Positions 19,490 to 33,734 of a stretch of 64,000 nucleotides of DNA are shown in pieces; positions within the stretch are counted from its first letter, which is position 1, and each line of letters begins with the position of its first letter. The notes under the pieces are model-generated. The model was not told where the DNA came from. It was given only the letters and a program-made list of their open reading frames with translations, and searched no databases. Both the position numbers and the translations under genes were made by a program. This stretch comes from the human T2T-CHM13v2.0 reference genome, Homo sapiens, in the NCBI RefSeq assembly GCF_009914755.1, contig NC_060927.1; one strand, given 5' to 3'.

Positions 19490-20258
19490 TCAATCCTGAG
19501 GTGTGAGCTATGGAGATGGGGATGGGAAAAGGGCAATGACTGCTTTTCTTCCTGTTGACAGGGGAATAGTTGGGGTAGGGTTGCCCATAGGGTAGGAGGA
19601 TTGAAACCATCTAGCAGTTGTTTGCGTGTATTCACAGGTCCCTGGGTTGGGATACCAAGGTCTTCATAACAAAAACATTAGTACTCTTATCCACACAGCA
19701 CTTAAGTGAATCACAGACTATAAGATAAATAATGAGCCCAACTTAAGGAATGATAGTCTTAGCTTCAGGAATCCCTGTAGAACTGACCTGAAGCCTTGAG
19801 AGATCCAGGTGAATGACCCTGAGAACCAATCAGATATTGGGTCATTAGCAGTGACTCAAAAACAATGGACAAGGTTGGAATCTAATAACAGGCAAACTAT
19901 AGTTTTTCTGAAACATAATTTTTCTCTCTCCAATTTTCCATTTCTACCTAAAACAAATCATAATAGGACCAATTTATTTGCAAAATAAGTTTTAGTTTTA
20001 TAATACTTGGCTCAATTATTTGTATACTGAGCAGCAAGAATAAGTATTTGCTATATAGGCTCTTTTGTTTTTAATAAAAGGCTTTCCTGGAATTTATTTC
20101 ATAAGGAAGCTCAGATTAAATCTTTTAAAAAGCCTCTTGAGCCCAGCCAACTATTTATCTGTGCCTGCAGATACCTGTACAAATTGAGTGAGTTCTTCTC
20201 TTCTTGAGATCCCAAAATAACTTGGGGTTCCTAGGCCTGTCAGAAAGCAACATTCTTT

Positions 20259-20911
<653 letters not shown>

Positions 20912-21521
20912 GAGTGACGTTCTTTATCTACCACAGTTTAGAAACCCTGTAAAGGATAAAGTATGAGGCCAGTTTTTCAAAAGAGTTTTTACTGGCTCTA
21001 TTAGATCAACTTCAGTTCCTCAAAACAGTCTGAAAACATGTCATTCCAGCCAAAGCAATGGTAAAACAGCCAGCGTCTCCAATTGTGTCCTGTTACAAAA
21101 GAAAACAGATCCTTATTGAAATTATACAAATAACAATATTACCATAAGCTAAGAATACTCAGAAATAGCTTCCAAATTCTAGAGAAATCAGGTAGAGAGA
21201 AATATGCTTTAAAGTTCGCTCACAGGAGTGTACATTACTCAATTGTTAAAAGATGTAAATAGCTCAAAAGACAAGAAATTTTTTGACTCTTAAAAACAAA
21301 ACACAAAGAATCAGCCACATTTCAAGCAAAAAGTCATAACAAGATTATTTCAGTCTTCTATTAGTTCAGTTCATGCAATTAACTCCTGTTCTGCTTGATA
21401 TTGATGAACACATCAGCTCTCCTGTGAGAGTCCTGGAAGTTTTTCCCTCTACTTTAATGGCACAGTTTCCAAAGTTATCAGAAATCTGCAGCCAAGAGTA
21501 TCTTTTAAAAGGCAAACCACC

Positions 21522-21815
21522 TTTTACTTATTTTATTTTTTAGAGACAGGTTCTTGTTCTGTCTCCCCAGCTGGAGTGTGGTGGTGTGACCTTAGCTCAC
21601 TGCAACCTCAAACTCCTGGGCTCAAGTGATCCTCCCACCTCAGCCTCCCAAATAGCTGAGAATATGAATGCATGCCACCATCTCTGGCTAATTTTTGTGG
21701 AGATGGGGTCTTACTTTGTTGGCCAGGCTGGTCTCAAACTCCTGGCTTCAAGTGATCCTCCTGCCTTGGCCTCCCAAAGTGCTGGGATTACAAGTGTGAG
21801 CCCCCATGCCCAGTC
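21522..21815 (-). mobile_element. AluJ
   Basis: TSD caaaccacctttt. Confidence 0.9.
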
Positions 21816-23802
21816 ACAAACCACCTTTTTAAAAGGATCAATCAAGATAGTAATTATCTGTGACAAATATCTCAGGAAAGCAATGGTTAAAGACACAATC
21901 AACAAGGAAATCTGGTCACCTCTGTGGCACACAAACAATTGAATGTAACAATTATAAATATTATTGATAACGTATACGGAGACATATTAGAATTATAGGA
22001 AGCTTAATTTTGGAACACATACTGATAATATATTTATATAAATATAACCTAAATAAATTTAAACACCATTTTATATTTGTCAATGTTTTCTGTATGGTTT
22101 TAGTATGCCAAAGGTGATTATGTCTCTTTCGGACTTTAGGGGACCCTCAAAAAAGACTTACTTTAGCATTTGGTTTTGGAAAGTGTGTCAAATATCAAAG
22201 GTTTAAAACACTTGATACCCCAAAATAGGATTATAGGTCATTTATTTAGCTGAAGTGATAACTAAAAAAATTTTAAAGTGCAAAAACCTTTACTTGTTGG
22301 TAGAAGGGAGACTCAGCTTTCCAAATAAGACCCAGTAAAGACAATATGAACTCAATTGAGGCTGTCTCTTTTCTTTCCCATCTTTTTCCCTTTTTTTCCT
22401 GCAGTTTATTTAAAAGGTAAAGAAAAATCTTTCATCATCTCTCAATATTATGTGAAAATCTTGTTCAAAAGAGAAAACCAAATTCTACCTTTTCATTGTA
22501 TTATTCATGTTAAACCTAATTTTTAATAAAACCTTATAAAATCATTCTTAATCAATTTGACCATATGGCAAGATTTCCATAAACCCTCTATAATTCATTA
22601 TAATTTTCTATCAAAGAACAGACCAATGTTCCAAGGTAACCCTGTTATTCTGACACATGGGCCCAGATTCTAGCCCTGCATCAGTGTGCTTTTTATTTTA
22701 ATGTTTAATTTATAGAAAAACTAAATAAGTTTTTTCAAATGTTAGCCAACTTGCTTAAACACATAGAACTTCCTTTACGAGATCGATGTTTTACAAATCT
22801 TTTACAACTTGCTTAGCCTTTCAGTTTTGTCCTATAATTTTTTTAACTTAAGATAATCCTTAAATTTCTAAACTAGAAAAAATTACTTTCTCTTTAATAA
22901 AAACCATACTTCTTATAAAAACCATGTCTTCTTATAATCTTTTATGAAAACACATTCTACTTTCCTTATATGCCTTGCATGTAAAACTATTTCTCAGTAG
23001 TCTCAATTACATATGTTACAGTGTTAACTCTTAGCAAACTTTTATTTTTGGTGAGGAACCTGAAATATAAGCAAGTTTAACCACGTATCAGATTGCAGAG
23101 CCCAGGATAAGGATAGAGCTGCAGACATGTCTGACTCTTCCCAGCATAGCCAGGGGACATGGCTAACTCCATGTCTACAGGCCTTATGTAAAATTTAATG
23201 GCTGTAAAACAGAAAAGTCAAACAATTATTAAAAAAGTCATAAAAGCAGTTTATGACCTTAAAACTTATAGCAAACACCATATCTGATCTGCCTAATTCA
23301 AACCAATTGTCTAAATTCTGAAAATATTTTTATTTTATTTTACCAATAATTTTTAAAACCATATTTACCAAAGATTATAAAGTGATTAAAGATTCTATTT
23401 TTCTGGCAAAATATTTGATTTAAGTGCTTTTTTTTCTTTTCTTTTTTTTGTTTTTGTTTTTTGTTTTTTTGAGACAGAGTCTCTCTCTGTCACCCAGGCT
23501 GGAGTGCAAGGGCATGATTATGGCTCACTGCAGCTTTGACCTCCTGAGCTCAAGTGATCCTCTCACCTCAGCCTCCTGAGTAGCTGGGACTACAGGCATG
23601 CACCACTGTGCCTAGCTAATTTTTAAAATATTTATTTTTTATTTTTAAATTTTTTTTTTTGTATTTTTAGTAGAGATGGAGGTTTGCCATGTTGCTCAGG
23701 CTGGTCTCGAACTCCTGGACTCAAGTGATCCACCTGCCTCAGCCTCCCAAAGTGATGGATTACAGGCATGAGCCACTATGCCTGGCCAAAATGTATTCTT
23801 AT

Positions 23803-24662
23803 TTTTATTTTTTAACTTTTATTTTAAGCTCAGGGGTACATGTGCAGGTTTGTTACATAGGTGAACTTGTGTCATGGGGGTTTGTTGTATAGATTATTTT
23901 ATCATCCAGGTAGTGAGCCTAGTACCCATTACTTATTTTTCCTGATCCTCTCCCTTTTCCCACCCTCCAACCCCTGATAGGCTCAAGTGTATGTTGTTCC
24001 CCTCTATGTGTCCATGTGTTCTCATCATTTAGCTCCCACTTATAAGTGAGAACATGTGGTATTCGGTTTTCTGTTCCTGTGTTAGTTTGCTAAGGATAAC
24101 GGCCTCCAGCTCCATCCATGTGCCTGCAAAGAACATGATCTCATTCTTTTTTATGGCTACATAGTATTCTATGGTGTATATGTACCACATTTTCTTTATC
24201 GAGTCTATCATTGTTGGGCATTTAGGTGGATTCCATGTCCTCGTTATTGTGAATAGTGTTGCAATGAACATACACATGCATGTGTCTTTATAATGGAATG
24301 ATTTATATTCCTTTGAGTATAAACCCAGAAATGGGATTGCTGTTGAATGGTATTTCTGTCTTTAGCACTTTGATGAATCGCCACACTGTCTTCCACAATG
24401 GTTGAACTAATTTACACCCCCACCAACAGTGTATACTAATGGTTGAACTAATTTACACCCCCACCAACATTCCTTTTTCTCCACAACTTTGCCAGTCTCT
24501 GTTATTTTTTGACTTTTTAATAATAGCCATTCTGACTCATGTGAGATGGTATCTCATTGTGGTTTTGATTTGCATTTCTCTAATTATCAGTGATGTTTAG
24601 TTTTTTTTTCATATGATTGTTGGCTACATGTATATCTTCTTTTGAAAAGTGTCTGTTCATGT
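23803..24662 (-). mobile_element. 5'-truncated L1PA (L1PA13-15-like)
   Basis: ttttattttaagctcaggggtacatgtgcaggtttgttacatagg 3' end; ORF2 C-terminal peptide MFIATLFTI...WNPPKCP on - strand. Confidence 0.9.
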
Positions 24663-24709
24663 TAAATTTATTTTTTTTTTGAGACAAGGTCACACAATGT
24701 TGCCCAGGC

Positions 24710-25258
24710 GAGGCAGGATAGTTAGTCAAGGAAGTAACTATGTCCTCAGGATGCAGCAACCGTGATGACCACGCTTATTCAAGTATAGCTATCTCTAGTA
24801 GGGAATTGCCCCTGTAGAGAGCACGTTGATTTTACCTGACCTCAGACTGACCCTTTGTTCATTATGATAGTAAAAAACACACCCCTGGGTGGAGACTTAA
24901 GATCTAATGAGACATGTGATGTATGAACAAGCATATACAACTACTGCACATTTGTGTTGAGAGGACCATCCAGAACATGCTTGTTGGTAACACCTCTTCC
25001 CATCCCCTTTTGAATAATCACGTAAGACTCCTATAAAGGGAGTTTCCCCAGTAACAGCCAATGCCGTCTTAGCCTCATGAGCAGCCTACTCTGAACCCTC
25101 TCTCAGGTTGTACTGTTTATTCTGCACCTAACTTTCAGAGTATTCTTTCTCCTTTGCTATACATTGCTCTATGCTGCATCTCCTTTGTCATGTGCCTGTT
25201 GTTTAAATTCTTTTAAACTCAGAAGACAAGAATTGAGGTTTCACAACAGCCATCAACA
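24710..25258 (+). mobile_element. Solo ERV1 LTR (MER83/MER84-like)
   Basis: gaggcaggatagttagtcaaggaagtaac...catcaaca, TATA-like ctataaa at about 25031, flanked by aggc; splits an Alu monomer. Family name uncertain. Confidence 0.7.
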
Positions 25259-25548
25259 AGGCTGGTCTCGAACTTTGGGGCTCAAGCAATCCTCCTGCCT
25301 TGTCCTCCCAAAGTGCCAGGATTATAGGCATGAGCCACTACTCCCAGCCTAAGTGCTTATTTTTCTTTAAGCCAATTAATTAGAGCTCTTTTATATATTT
25401 TGGTAGTGAAACATCACACACCTGACACATGTGAATACAAAGACAGAAGTAGATCTGGTAGCATTATAAGATTCTTCATTTGCCAGTTTTTAAGTTTCTC
25501 TTCCTTTTTTATACGGTCAGTCTCTTGATTACCTGTTCCTTGCCCTAA

Positions 25549-25890
<342 letters not shown>

Positions 25891-27127
25891 TAAAGGGACA
25901 AGGTGAAACAAGATACAGAATTTATGTTTTACTCAAATCACGGAAAATGGTGTAAAAGTCCAGCTAAGAATGCCAGGAAAAGCAAAGACCTTTCTTTATA
26001 CATGGAGTATTTCTGTAAAGATTTAAGTTTATAAATTGGATTAGTGGCTTTAGGGTGGAACGTTTTAAGGAATGGGCCCAAGAAAGCATGCAGTTTCTAG
26101 GGCCTAATAAACAGGAATAGCTGGAAGGCAAAACAGATCCTCCAAACTCAAGTATCTCATTTTTACATTGGATCCTGGGTCCCCCAAAAGAGGAAACCGC
26201 TATGGGATGAGACAGTGCAATGCTTTTACCATGCATGTCACTGCAACGATATTCTCTTGAGGCCTGTGAGCAACCCAAAGCCAACCAGCACATTCTGTAA
26301 TCAGCCCATCCCCAATCCTTACCTACCAGGTGCCCAAGAGCATGATTTTCTTACCCAAAGAACCGGCATCGTCCTGTAGTAATATCCACTCACTGTAAGC
26401 AACTGCCATTACATTAGCCATCCCTAAAAGTATACCTTCTACCTAGCTATTACACACCAAGGCTAACAACCCTTTCATAATGCAAAGTAACTTCTGATGC
26501 CCCAAAAGTCAAAAAGGCCAGGTAACGCAATGAAAAACAGAGCAGGGCCTTAGATTTTGAGAGGGATCTGTCTGCTTACACTTTTTGGGATTCCATGAGG
26601 AAGACAGGTTTTTTCCAAAATGGGGTCTGTAGCATCTCCTCTGTTTCTCCCCAAAAGTCCCAGGCTCTCTGGAATTACCTTAGGTCTTCTCATGCGGGCA
26701 TTGAGGGTGGCAACAAGACAGACAAAAGTAAATGGAGACACAATTCAGTTGACTGAGAGGAAAAAAACTTTTTTTTTCTCTAAAAACAAGACCCAAGAAG
26801 AGAAAAAAGCATAAAGGCCTTTTGAATATATGCATAGTTTGGATATCCACTTTTAATTAAGTTGACTTTTAACCATAGAGCTCTTTTAAAAAAATCGTTT
26901 TAAATATCTTATTACCAGACTCTAGCCAGGACAAACAGCCAACACCTCTGGCTTTTAAGCTTTATTTTTGTTCCCCAAAGGTATTTTCCCAAGTGAACCC
27001 AAAATCCTTAACTAAGGTTATGATTTATCTGTGGACACATGAAGTGTTTCCAAAGAGATGACAAGCGGTTTTTACAAGATCTAGAATCACCACTAAGGTA
27101 TCTTGGAGAAAGGAAAACTCAAGATAG

Positions 27128-27488
<361 letters not shown>

Positions 27489-27949
27489 ATTCCCACAAGT
27501 ATTAAACCAGAAAGAACTCATTCCTTAAGCCAGGAATTGAATCCAGGCCACCATTTTGAAAGGGAAATGGCTTAGCTACTGAACTACAGCATGAGGCGAC
27601 TATCATCTTCTTTCCCAGAAGGAGTCTAGAGCAGTCATTTTCAAGCTTCAGAGGATTTTAACTGCTCAAGAGAATTTTCTGAGACTAGCCATGGCTTTAT
27701 CATGTGTCCTTCTTTTAATTCAAACCTTTAAAAAAATGTTGCAAGTAAAAGTTCTGTAAAATCCGTTTTAAAAAATGGCATACTTAATTCCAATAGCGTC
27801 TCAGTCCAAAAGCCAGTTAAACCAGATGGTAACTTTCCCAGATTTTACCACATAAGCAAGAAGTGTTTCTACAGATGGGGGAGAGGAGACATGTCTATGG
27901 TCCCCAAGAATTCACTCTCAGAAATGGACTTAAGATAGTAAAAGATGAC

Positions 27950-28352
27950 TGTCAGACTTCTGAGCCCAAGCTAAGCCATCATATCCCCTGTGACCTGCAC
28001 GTACACATCCAGATCGCTGGTTCCTGCCTTAACTGATGACATTCCACCACAAAAGAAGTGAAAATGGCCTGTTCCTGCCTTAACTGATGACATTGTCATG
28101 TGAAATTCCTTCTCCTGGCTCATCCCAGCTCAAAAGCTCCTCCACTGAGTACCTTGTGACCCCCCACTCCTGCCTGCCAGAGAACAACACCCCTTTTTCC
28201 TTTACCTACCCAAATCCTATAAAACGGCCCCACCCCTATCTCCCTTCACTGACTCTTTTCGGACTCAGCCTGCCTGCACCCAGGTGAAATAAACAGCCAC
28301 GTTGCTCACACAAAGCCTGTTTGGTGGTCTCTTCACATGGATGCGCATGAAA
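27950..28352 (+). promoter_or_regulatory. HERV-H 5' LTR7 (promoter/enhancer)
   Basis: TGTCAG...CATGAAA; two ttcctgccttaactgatgacatt repeats; TATA (cctataaaa) about 28216-28224; AATAAA about 28288. Confidence 0.95.
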
Positions 28353-28354
28353 TT

Positions 28355-28372
28355 TGGTGCCGTGACTCAGAT
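28355..28372 (+). other. Primer-binding site, tRNA-His
   Basis: TGGTGCCGTGACTCAGAT, one mismatch to TGGTGCCGTGACTCGGAT. Confidence 0.93.
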
Positions 28373-28960
28373 CGGGGGACCTCCCTTGGGAGATCAATCC
28401 CCTGTCCTCCTGCTTTTTGCTCCATGAGAAATGTCCACCTACGACCTCAGGTCCTCAGACCGACCAGCCCAAGGAACATCTCACCAATTTCAAATCCGGT
28501 AAGAGGCCTCTTTTTACTCTCTTCTCCAACCTCCCTCACTATCCCTCAACCTCTTTCTCCTTTCAGTCTTGGCACCACACTTAATCTCTCCCTTCTCTTA
28601 ATTTCAATTCCTTTCATTTTCTGGTAGAGACAAAGGAGACACATTTTATCCATGGACCCAAAACTCCGGCACCAGTCATGGACTGGGAAGGCAGCCTTCC
28701 CTTGGTGTTTAATCATTGCAGGGACGCCTCTCTGATTATTCACCCATGTTTCAGAGGTGTCAGACCACGCAGGGATGCCTGCTTTAGTCCTTCACCCTTA
28801 GCGGCAAGTCCCGCTTTTCTGTGGGAGGGGCAAGTACCCCAACCCCTTCTCTCCATGTCTCTACCCCTTCTCTGCCTTTCTGGGGGGCAAGAAACCCCCA
28901 ACCCCTTCTCCTTCACCCTTAGCAGCAAGTCCTGCTTTTCTAGGGGAGGGTCAAGTACCA

Positions 28961-29210
28961 CAACCCCTTATATCTCTGTGCCCCGATCCCTTATTTCCAC
29001 ACCCCAACCTCTTATATCTCTGTGCCCCGATCCCTTATTTCCACACCCCAACCTCTTATATCTCTGTGCCCCGATCCCTTATTTCTGCACCCCAACCTCT
29101 TATATCTCTGTGCCCCAATCCCTTATTTCCACACCCCAACCTCTTATATCTCTGTACCCCAATCCCTTATTTCCACACCCTGATGTCGTATCTCTGTGCT
29201 CCAACCCCTT
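28961..29210 (+). repeat. 44-bp tandem repeat in HERV-H leader, 5 full units plus a degenerate one
   Basis: Units start at 28961, 29005, 29049, 29093, 29137 (caacctcttatatctctgtgccccgatcccttatttccacaccc). Confidence 0.92.
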
Positions 29211-30174
29211 CTCTGCTTTTCTGGAGGGCAAGAATACCCCACCCTTTCTCTGTGTCTCTACTGTTTTCTCTGGGCTTGCCTCCTTCACTATGGGCAAGCT
29301 TCCACCTTGCCCATTCCTCCTTCTTCTCCCTTAGCCTGTGTTCTTAAGAACTTAAAACCTCTTCAACTCTCACCTGACCTAAAATCTAAGCATTTGATTT
29401 TCTTCTGCAATGCCGCTTGACTCCAATACAAACTCGACAGTAGTTCCAAATAACCGGAAAACGGCACTTTCAATTTTTCCATCCTACAAGATCTAAATAA
29501 TTCTTGTCATAAAATGGGCAAATGGTCTGAGGTGCCTGACATCCAGGCATTCTTTTACACATCGGTCCCTCCCTAGTCTCTGTGCCCAATGGAACTCGTC
29601 CCAAATCTTCCTTCTTTCCCTCCCGCCTGTCCCCTCAGTCCCAACCCCAAGCGTCACTGAGTCTTTCTAATCTTCCTTTTCTACAGACCCATCTGACCTC
29701 TCCCCTCCTCCCCAACCTGCTCCTCGCCAGGCCGAGCTAGGTCCCAATTCTTCCTCAGCCTCCGCTCCTCCACCCTATAATCCTTTTATCACCTCCCCTC
29801 CTCACACCCGGTCTGGTTTACAGTTTCATTCCGTGAGTAGCCCTCCCCCACCTGCCCAGCAATTTCCTCTTAAAAATGTGGCTGAAGCTAAAGGTATAGT
29901 CAAGGTTAATGCTCCTTTTTCTTTATTAGACCTCTCCCAAATCAGTGAGCATTTAGGCTCTTTCATCAAATATGAAAAACTCAGCCCAGTTCATGGCTCA
30001 TTTGGCAGCAACCCTGAGACACTTTACAGCCCTAGACCCTAAAAGGTCAAAAGGCCGTCTTATTCTCAAAATACATTTTATTACCTAATCTGCTCCCGAC
30101 ATTAAATAAAACTCCAAAAATTAAATTCCAGCCCTCAAACCCCACAACAGGATTTAATTAACCTTGCCTTCAAG

Positions 30175-30567
30175 GTGTACAATAATAGAAAAAAGTTGCA
30201 ATTCCTTGCCTCCACTGTGAGAAAAACCCCAGCCACATCTCCAGCACACAAGAACTTCCAAATGCCTGAACCGCAGCAGCCAGAACCTCCTCCCCCAGGA
30301 GCTTGCTACAAGTGCCAGAAATCTGGCCACCAGGCCAAGGAATGCCTGCTGCCCAGGATTCCTCCTAAGCCGCGTCCCATCTGTGCAGGACCCCACTGGA
30401 AATCGGACTGTCCAACTCACCTGGCAGCCACTCCCAGAGCCCCTGGAACTCTGGCCCAAGGCTCTCTGAGTCCTTCCCCGATCTTCTTGGCTCAGCGGCT
30501 GAAGATTGATACTGCCCGATCACCTCGGAAGCCCCCTAGACCATCACGGACGCCGAGCTTTGGGTAA
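30175..30567 (+). pseudogene. HERV-H gag remnant (nucleocapsid zinc knuckle)
   Basis: [18 protein letters not shown] motif plus a degenerate second knuckle [12 protein letters not shown]; upstream gag is disrupted. Confidence 0.85.
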
Positions 30568-30575
30568 CTCTCACA

Positions 30576-32700
30576 GTGGAAGGTAAGTCCGTCCCCTTAG
30601 TCAATACGGAGGGCACCCACTCCACATTACCTTCTTTTCAAGGGCCTGTTTCCCTTGCCTCCATAACTGTTGTGGGTATTGATGGCCAGGCTTCTAAATC
30701 CCTGAAAACTCCCCAACTCTGGTGCCAACTTGGACAACACTCTTTTATGCACTCTTTTTTAGTTATCCCCACCTGCCCAGTTCCCTTATTAGGCTGAGAT
30801 ATTTTAACCAAATTATCTGCTTCCCTGACTATTCCTGGACTACAGCCGCATCTCATTGCCACCCTTCTCCCCAACCCAAAGCCTCCTTCGCGTCTTCCTC
30901 TCGTATCCCCCCACCTTAACCCACAAGTATGGGACATCTCTACTCCTTCCCTGGCAACCGATCACATGCCCATTACCATCCCATTAAAACCTAATTACCC
31001 TTACCCCGCTCAATGCCAATATCCCATCCCACAGCACGCTTTAAAAGGATTAAAGCCTGTTATCACTCGCCTGCTACAGCATGGGCTTCTAAAACCTATA
31101 AACTCTCCTTACAATTCCCCCATTTTACCTGTCTAAAAACCGGACAAGTCTTACAGATTAGTTCAGGATCTGCGCCTTATCAACCAAATTGTTTTGCCAT
31201 CCATCCTGTGGTGCCCAACCCATACACTCTTTTGTCCTCAATACCTTCCTCCACAACTCACTATTCCGTTCTCGATCTTAAAGATGCTTTTTTCACTATT
31301 CCCCTGCACCCCTCTTCCCAGCCTCTCTTTGCTTTCACTTAGACTGACCCCGACACCCATTAGGCTCAGCAAATTACCTGGGCTGTACTGCCGCAAAGCT
31401 TCACAGACAGCCCCCATTACTTCAGTCAAGCTGAAATTTCTTCCTTATCTGTTACCTATCTCAGCATAATTCTCATAAAAACACACGTGCTTTCCCTGCT
31501 GATCGTGTCCGATTAATCTCCCAAACCTCAATCCCTTACAAAACAACAACTCCTTTCCTTCCTAGGCATGGTTAGTGCAGTCAGAATTCTTACACAAGAG
31601 CCAGGACCACACCCTGTAGCCTTTCTGTCCAAACAACTTGACCTTACTGTTTTAGCATAGCCATCATGTCTCCGTGCAGTGGCTGCTGCCGCCCTAATAC
31701 TTTTAGAGGCCCTCAAAATCACAAACTATGCTCAACTTACTCTCTACATTTCTTATAACTTCCAAAATCTATTTTCTTCCTCATACCTGATGCATATACT
31801 TTCTGCTCCCCGGCTCCTTCAGCTGTACTCACTCTTTGTTAAGTCCCACAGTTACCATAGTTCCTGGCCCGGACTTCAATCCGGCCTCCCACATTATTCT
31901 GGATACCACACCTGACCCTCATGACTGCATCTCTCTGATCCACCTGACATTCACCCCATTTCTCCATATTTCCTTCTTTCCTGTTCCTCACCCTGATCAC
32001 GCTTGATTTATTAATGGCAGTTCCACCAGGCCTAATCGCCACACACCAGCAAAGGCAGGCTATGCTATAGTACAAGCCACTAGCCTGCCTCTTAGAACCT
32101 CTCATTTTCTTTCCATCGTGGAAATCTATCCTCAAGGAAATAACTTCTCAGTGTTCCATCTGCTATTCTGCTACTCCTCAGGGATTATTCAGGCTCCCTC
32201 CCTTCCCTACACATCAAGCTCAAGGATTTGCCCCCACCCAGGACTGGCAAATTAGCTTTACTCAACATGCGAGTCAGATAACTAAAATACCTCTTAGTCT
32301 AGGTAGACACTTTCACTGGATAAGTAGAGTCCTTTCCTACAAGGTCTGAGAAGGCCACCGCAGTCACTTCTTTCCTTCTGTCAGACGTAATTCCTCAGTT
32401 TAGCCTTCCCACCTCTATACAGTCTGATAACAGACCAGCCTTTATTAGTCAAATCAGCCAAGCAGTTTTTCAGGCTCTTAGTATTCAGTGAAACCTTTAT
32501 ATCCCTTACAGTCCTCAGTCTTCAGGAAAAGTAGAACGGACTAAAGGTCTTTTAAAAACACACCTCACCAAGCTCAGCCACCAACTTAAAAAGGACTGGA
32601 CAATACTTTTACCACTTTCTCTTCTCAGAAGTCAGACCTGTCCTCAGAATGCTACAGGGTACAGCCCATTTGAGCTCCTGTATAGATGCTCCTTTTTATT
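30576..32700 (+). pseudogene. HERV-H pro-pol remnant (protease, RT, RNase H, integrase), with stops, frameshifts and deletions
   Basis: HSFLVIPTCPVPLLG* (protease) and [12 protein letters not shown]...[15 protein letters not shown] (RT); integrase-like sequence about 32220-32700. Confidence 0.88.
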
Positions 32701-33325
32701 AGGCCCCAGTCTCATTGCAGACACTAGACCAACTTAGACTGTGCCCCCAAAAAACTTGTCATCCCTACTATCTTCTGTCTAGTCATACTCCTATTCACCG
32801 TTCTGAACTACTCATACATGCCCTGCTCTTGTTTACACTGCCGGTTTACACTGTTTCTCCAAGCCATCACAGCTGATATCTCCTGGTGCTATCCCCAAAC
32901 TGCCACTCTTAACTCTTAAAGTAAATAAATAATCTTTGCTGGCAGGACTATGCTGAATCTTCTTAGGCGCTCTCTAATCAGATGTCCTGAATCGTCCCAA
33001 TTCTTAGACCTCTTATACCTGTTTTTCTCCTTCTCTTATTCCATTTAGTTTTTCAATTCGTACAAAACTGTATCCAGGTCATCACCAATAATTCTAAATT
33101 ACAAATGTTCCTTATAACAACCCCACGATATCACCCCTTACCACAAAATCTTCCTTCAGCTTAATCTCTCCCACTCTAGGTTCCCACACTGCCCCTAATC
33201 CTGCTGGAAGCAGCCCTGAGAAACATCACCCATTATCTCTCCATACCACCCCCAAAAATTTTCACCATCCTAACACTTTACCACTATTTCATTTTATTTT
33301 TCTTATTAATATAAGAAGACAGGAA

Positions 33326-33734
33326 TGTCAGGCCGCTGAGCCCAAGCTAAGCCATCATATCCCCTGTGACCTGCACGTACACATCCATATCCCCGGTTCC
33401 TGCCTTAACTGATGACATTCCACCACAAAAGAAGTGAAAATGGCCTGTTCCTGCCTTAACTGATGACATTGTCTTGTGAAATTCCTTCTCCTGGCTCATC
33501 CTGGCTCAAAAGCTCCCCCACTCAGTACCTTGTGATCCCCCACTCCTGCCTGCCAGAGAACAACCCCCCTTTTTCCTTTACCTACCCAAATCCTATAAAA
33601 CGGCCCCACCCCTATCTCCCTTTGCTGACTCTCTTTTCGGACTCAGCCCACCTGCACCCAGGTGAAATAAACAGCCATGTTGGTTGCTCACACAAAGCCT
33701 GTTTGGTGGTCTCTTCACACAGATGCGCATGAAA
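33326..33734 (+). mobile_element. HERV-H 3' LTR7
   Basis: Preceded by PPT aagaagacaggaa (33313-33325); by manual count about 20 substitutions and 2 indels versus the 5' LTR. Confidence 0.95.

Larger units (their letters stand above)
23428..25349 (-). mobile_element. AluJ expanded by three nested insertions
   Basis: TSD taagtgctt at 23421-23429 and 25350-25358; right arm 23428-23625; left arm split into 24665-24709 and 25259-25349. Confidence 0.75.
27950..33734 (+). mobile_element. HERV-H provirus, common deleted ~5.8-kb form with two LTR7
   Basis: 5-bp TSD ATGAC (27945-27949, 33735-33739), paired LTRs, His PBS, PPT, gag/pro/pol remnants. Confidence 0.97.

Noticed and set aside
24397-24469. 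32-bp direct repeat within the L1PA
   Set aside because: Simple post-insertion slippage in a dead element
28961-29210. Regularly spaced repeats resembling a CRISPR array
   Set aside because: Units are contiguous with no unique spacers, lie inside a HERV-H leader in primate DNA, and there are no cas genes
28678-29334. Longest ORF in the track (218 aa)
   Set aside because: Open frame produced by the C/T-rich HERV-H leader and tandem repeat; repetitive peptide with no domain
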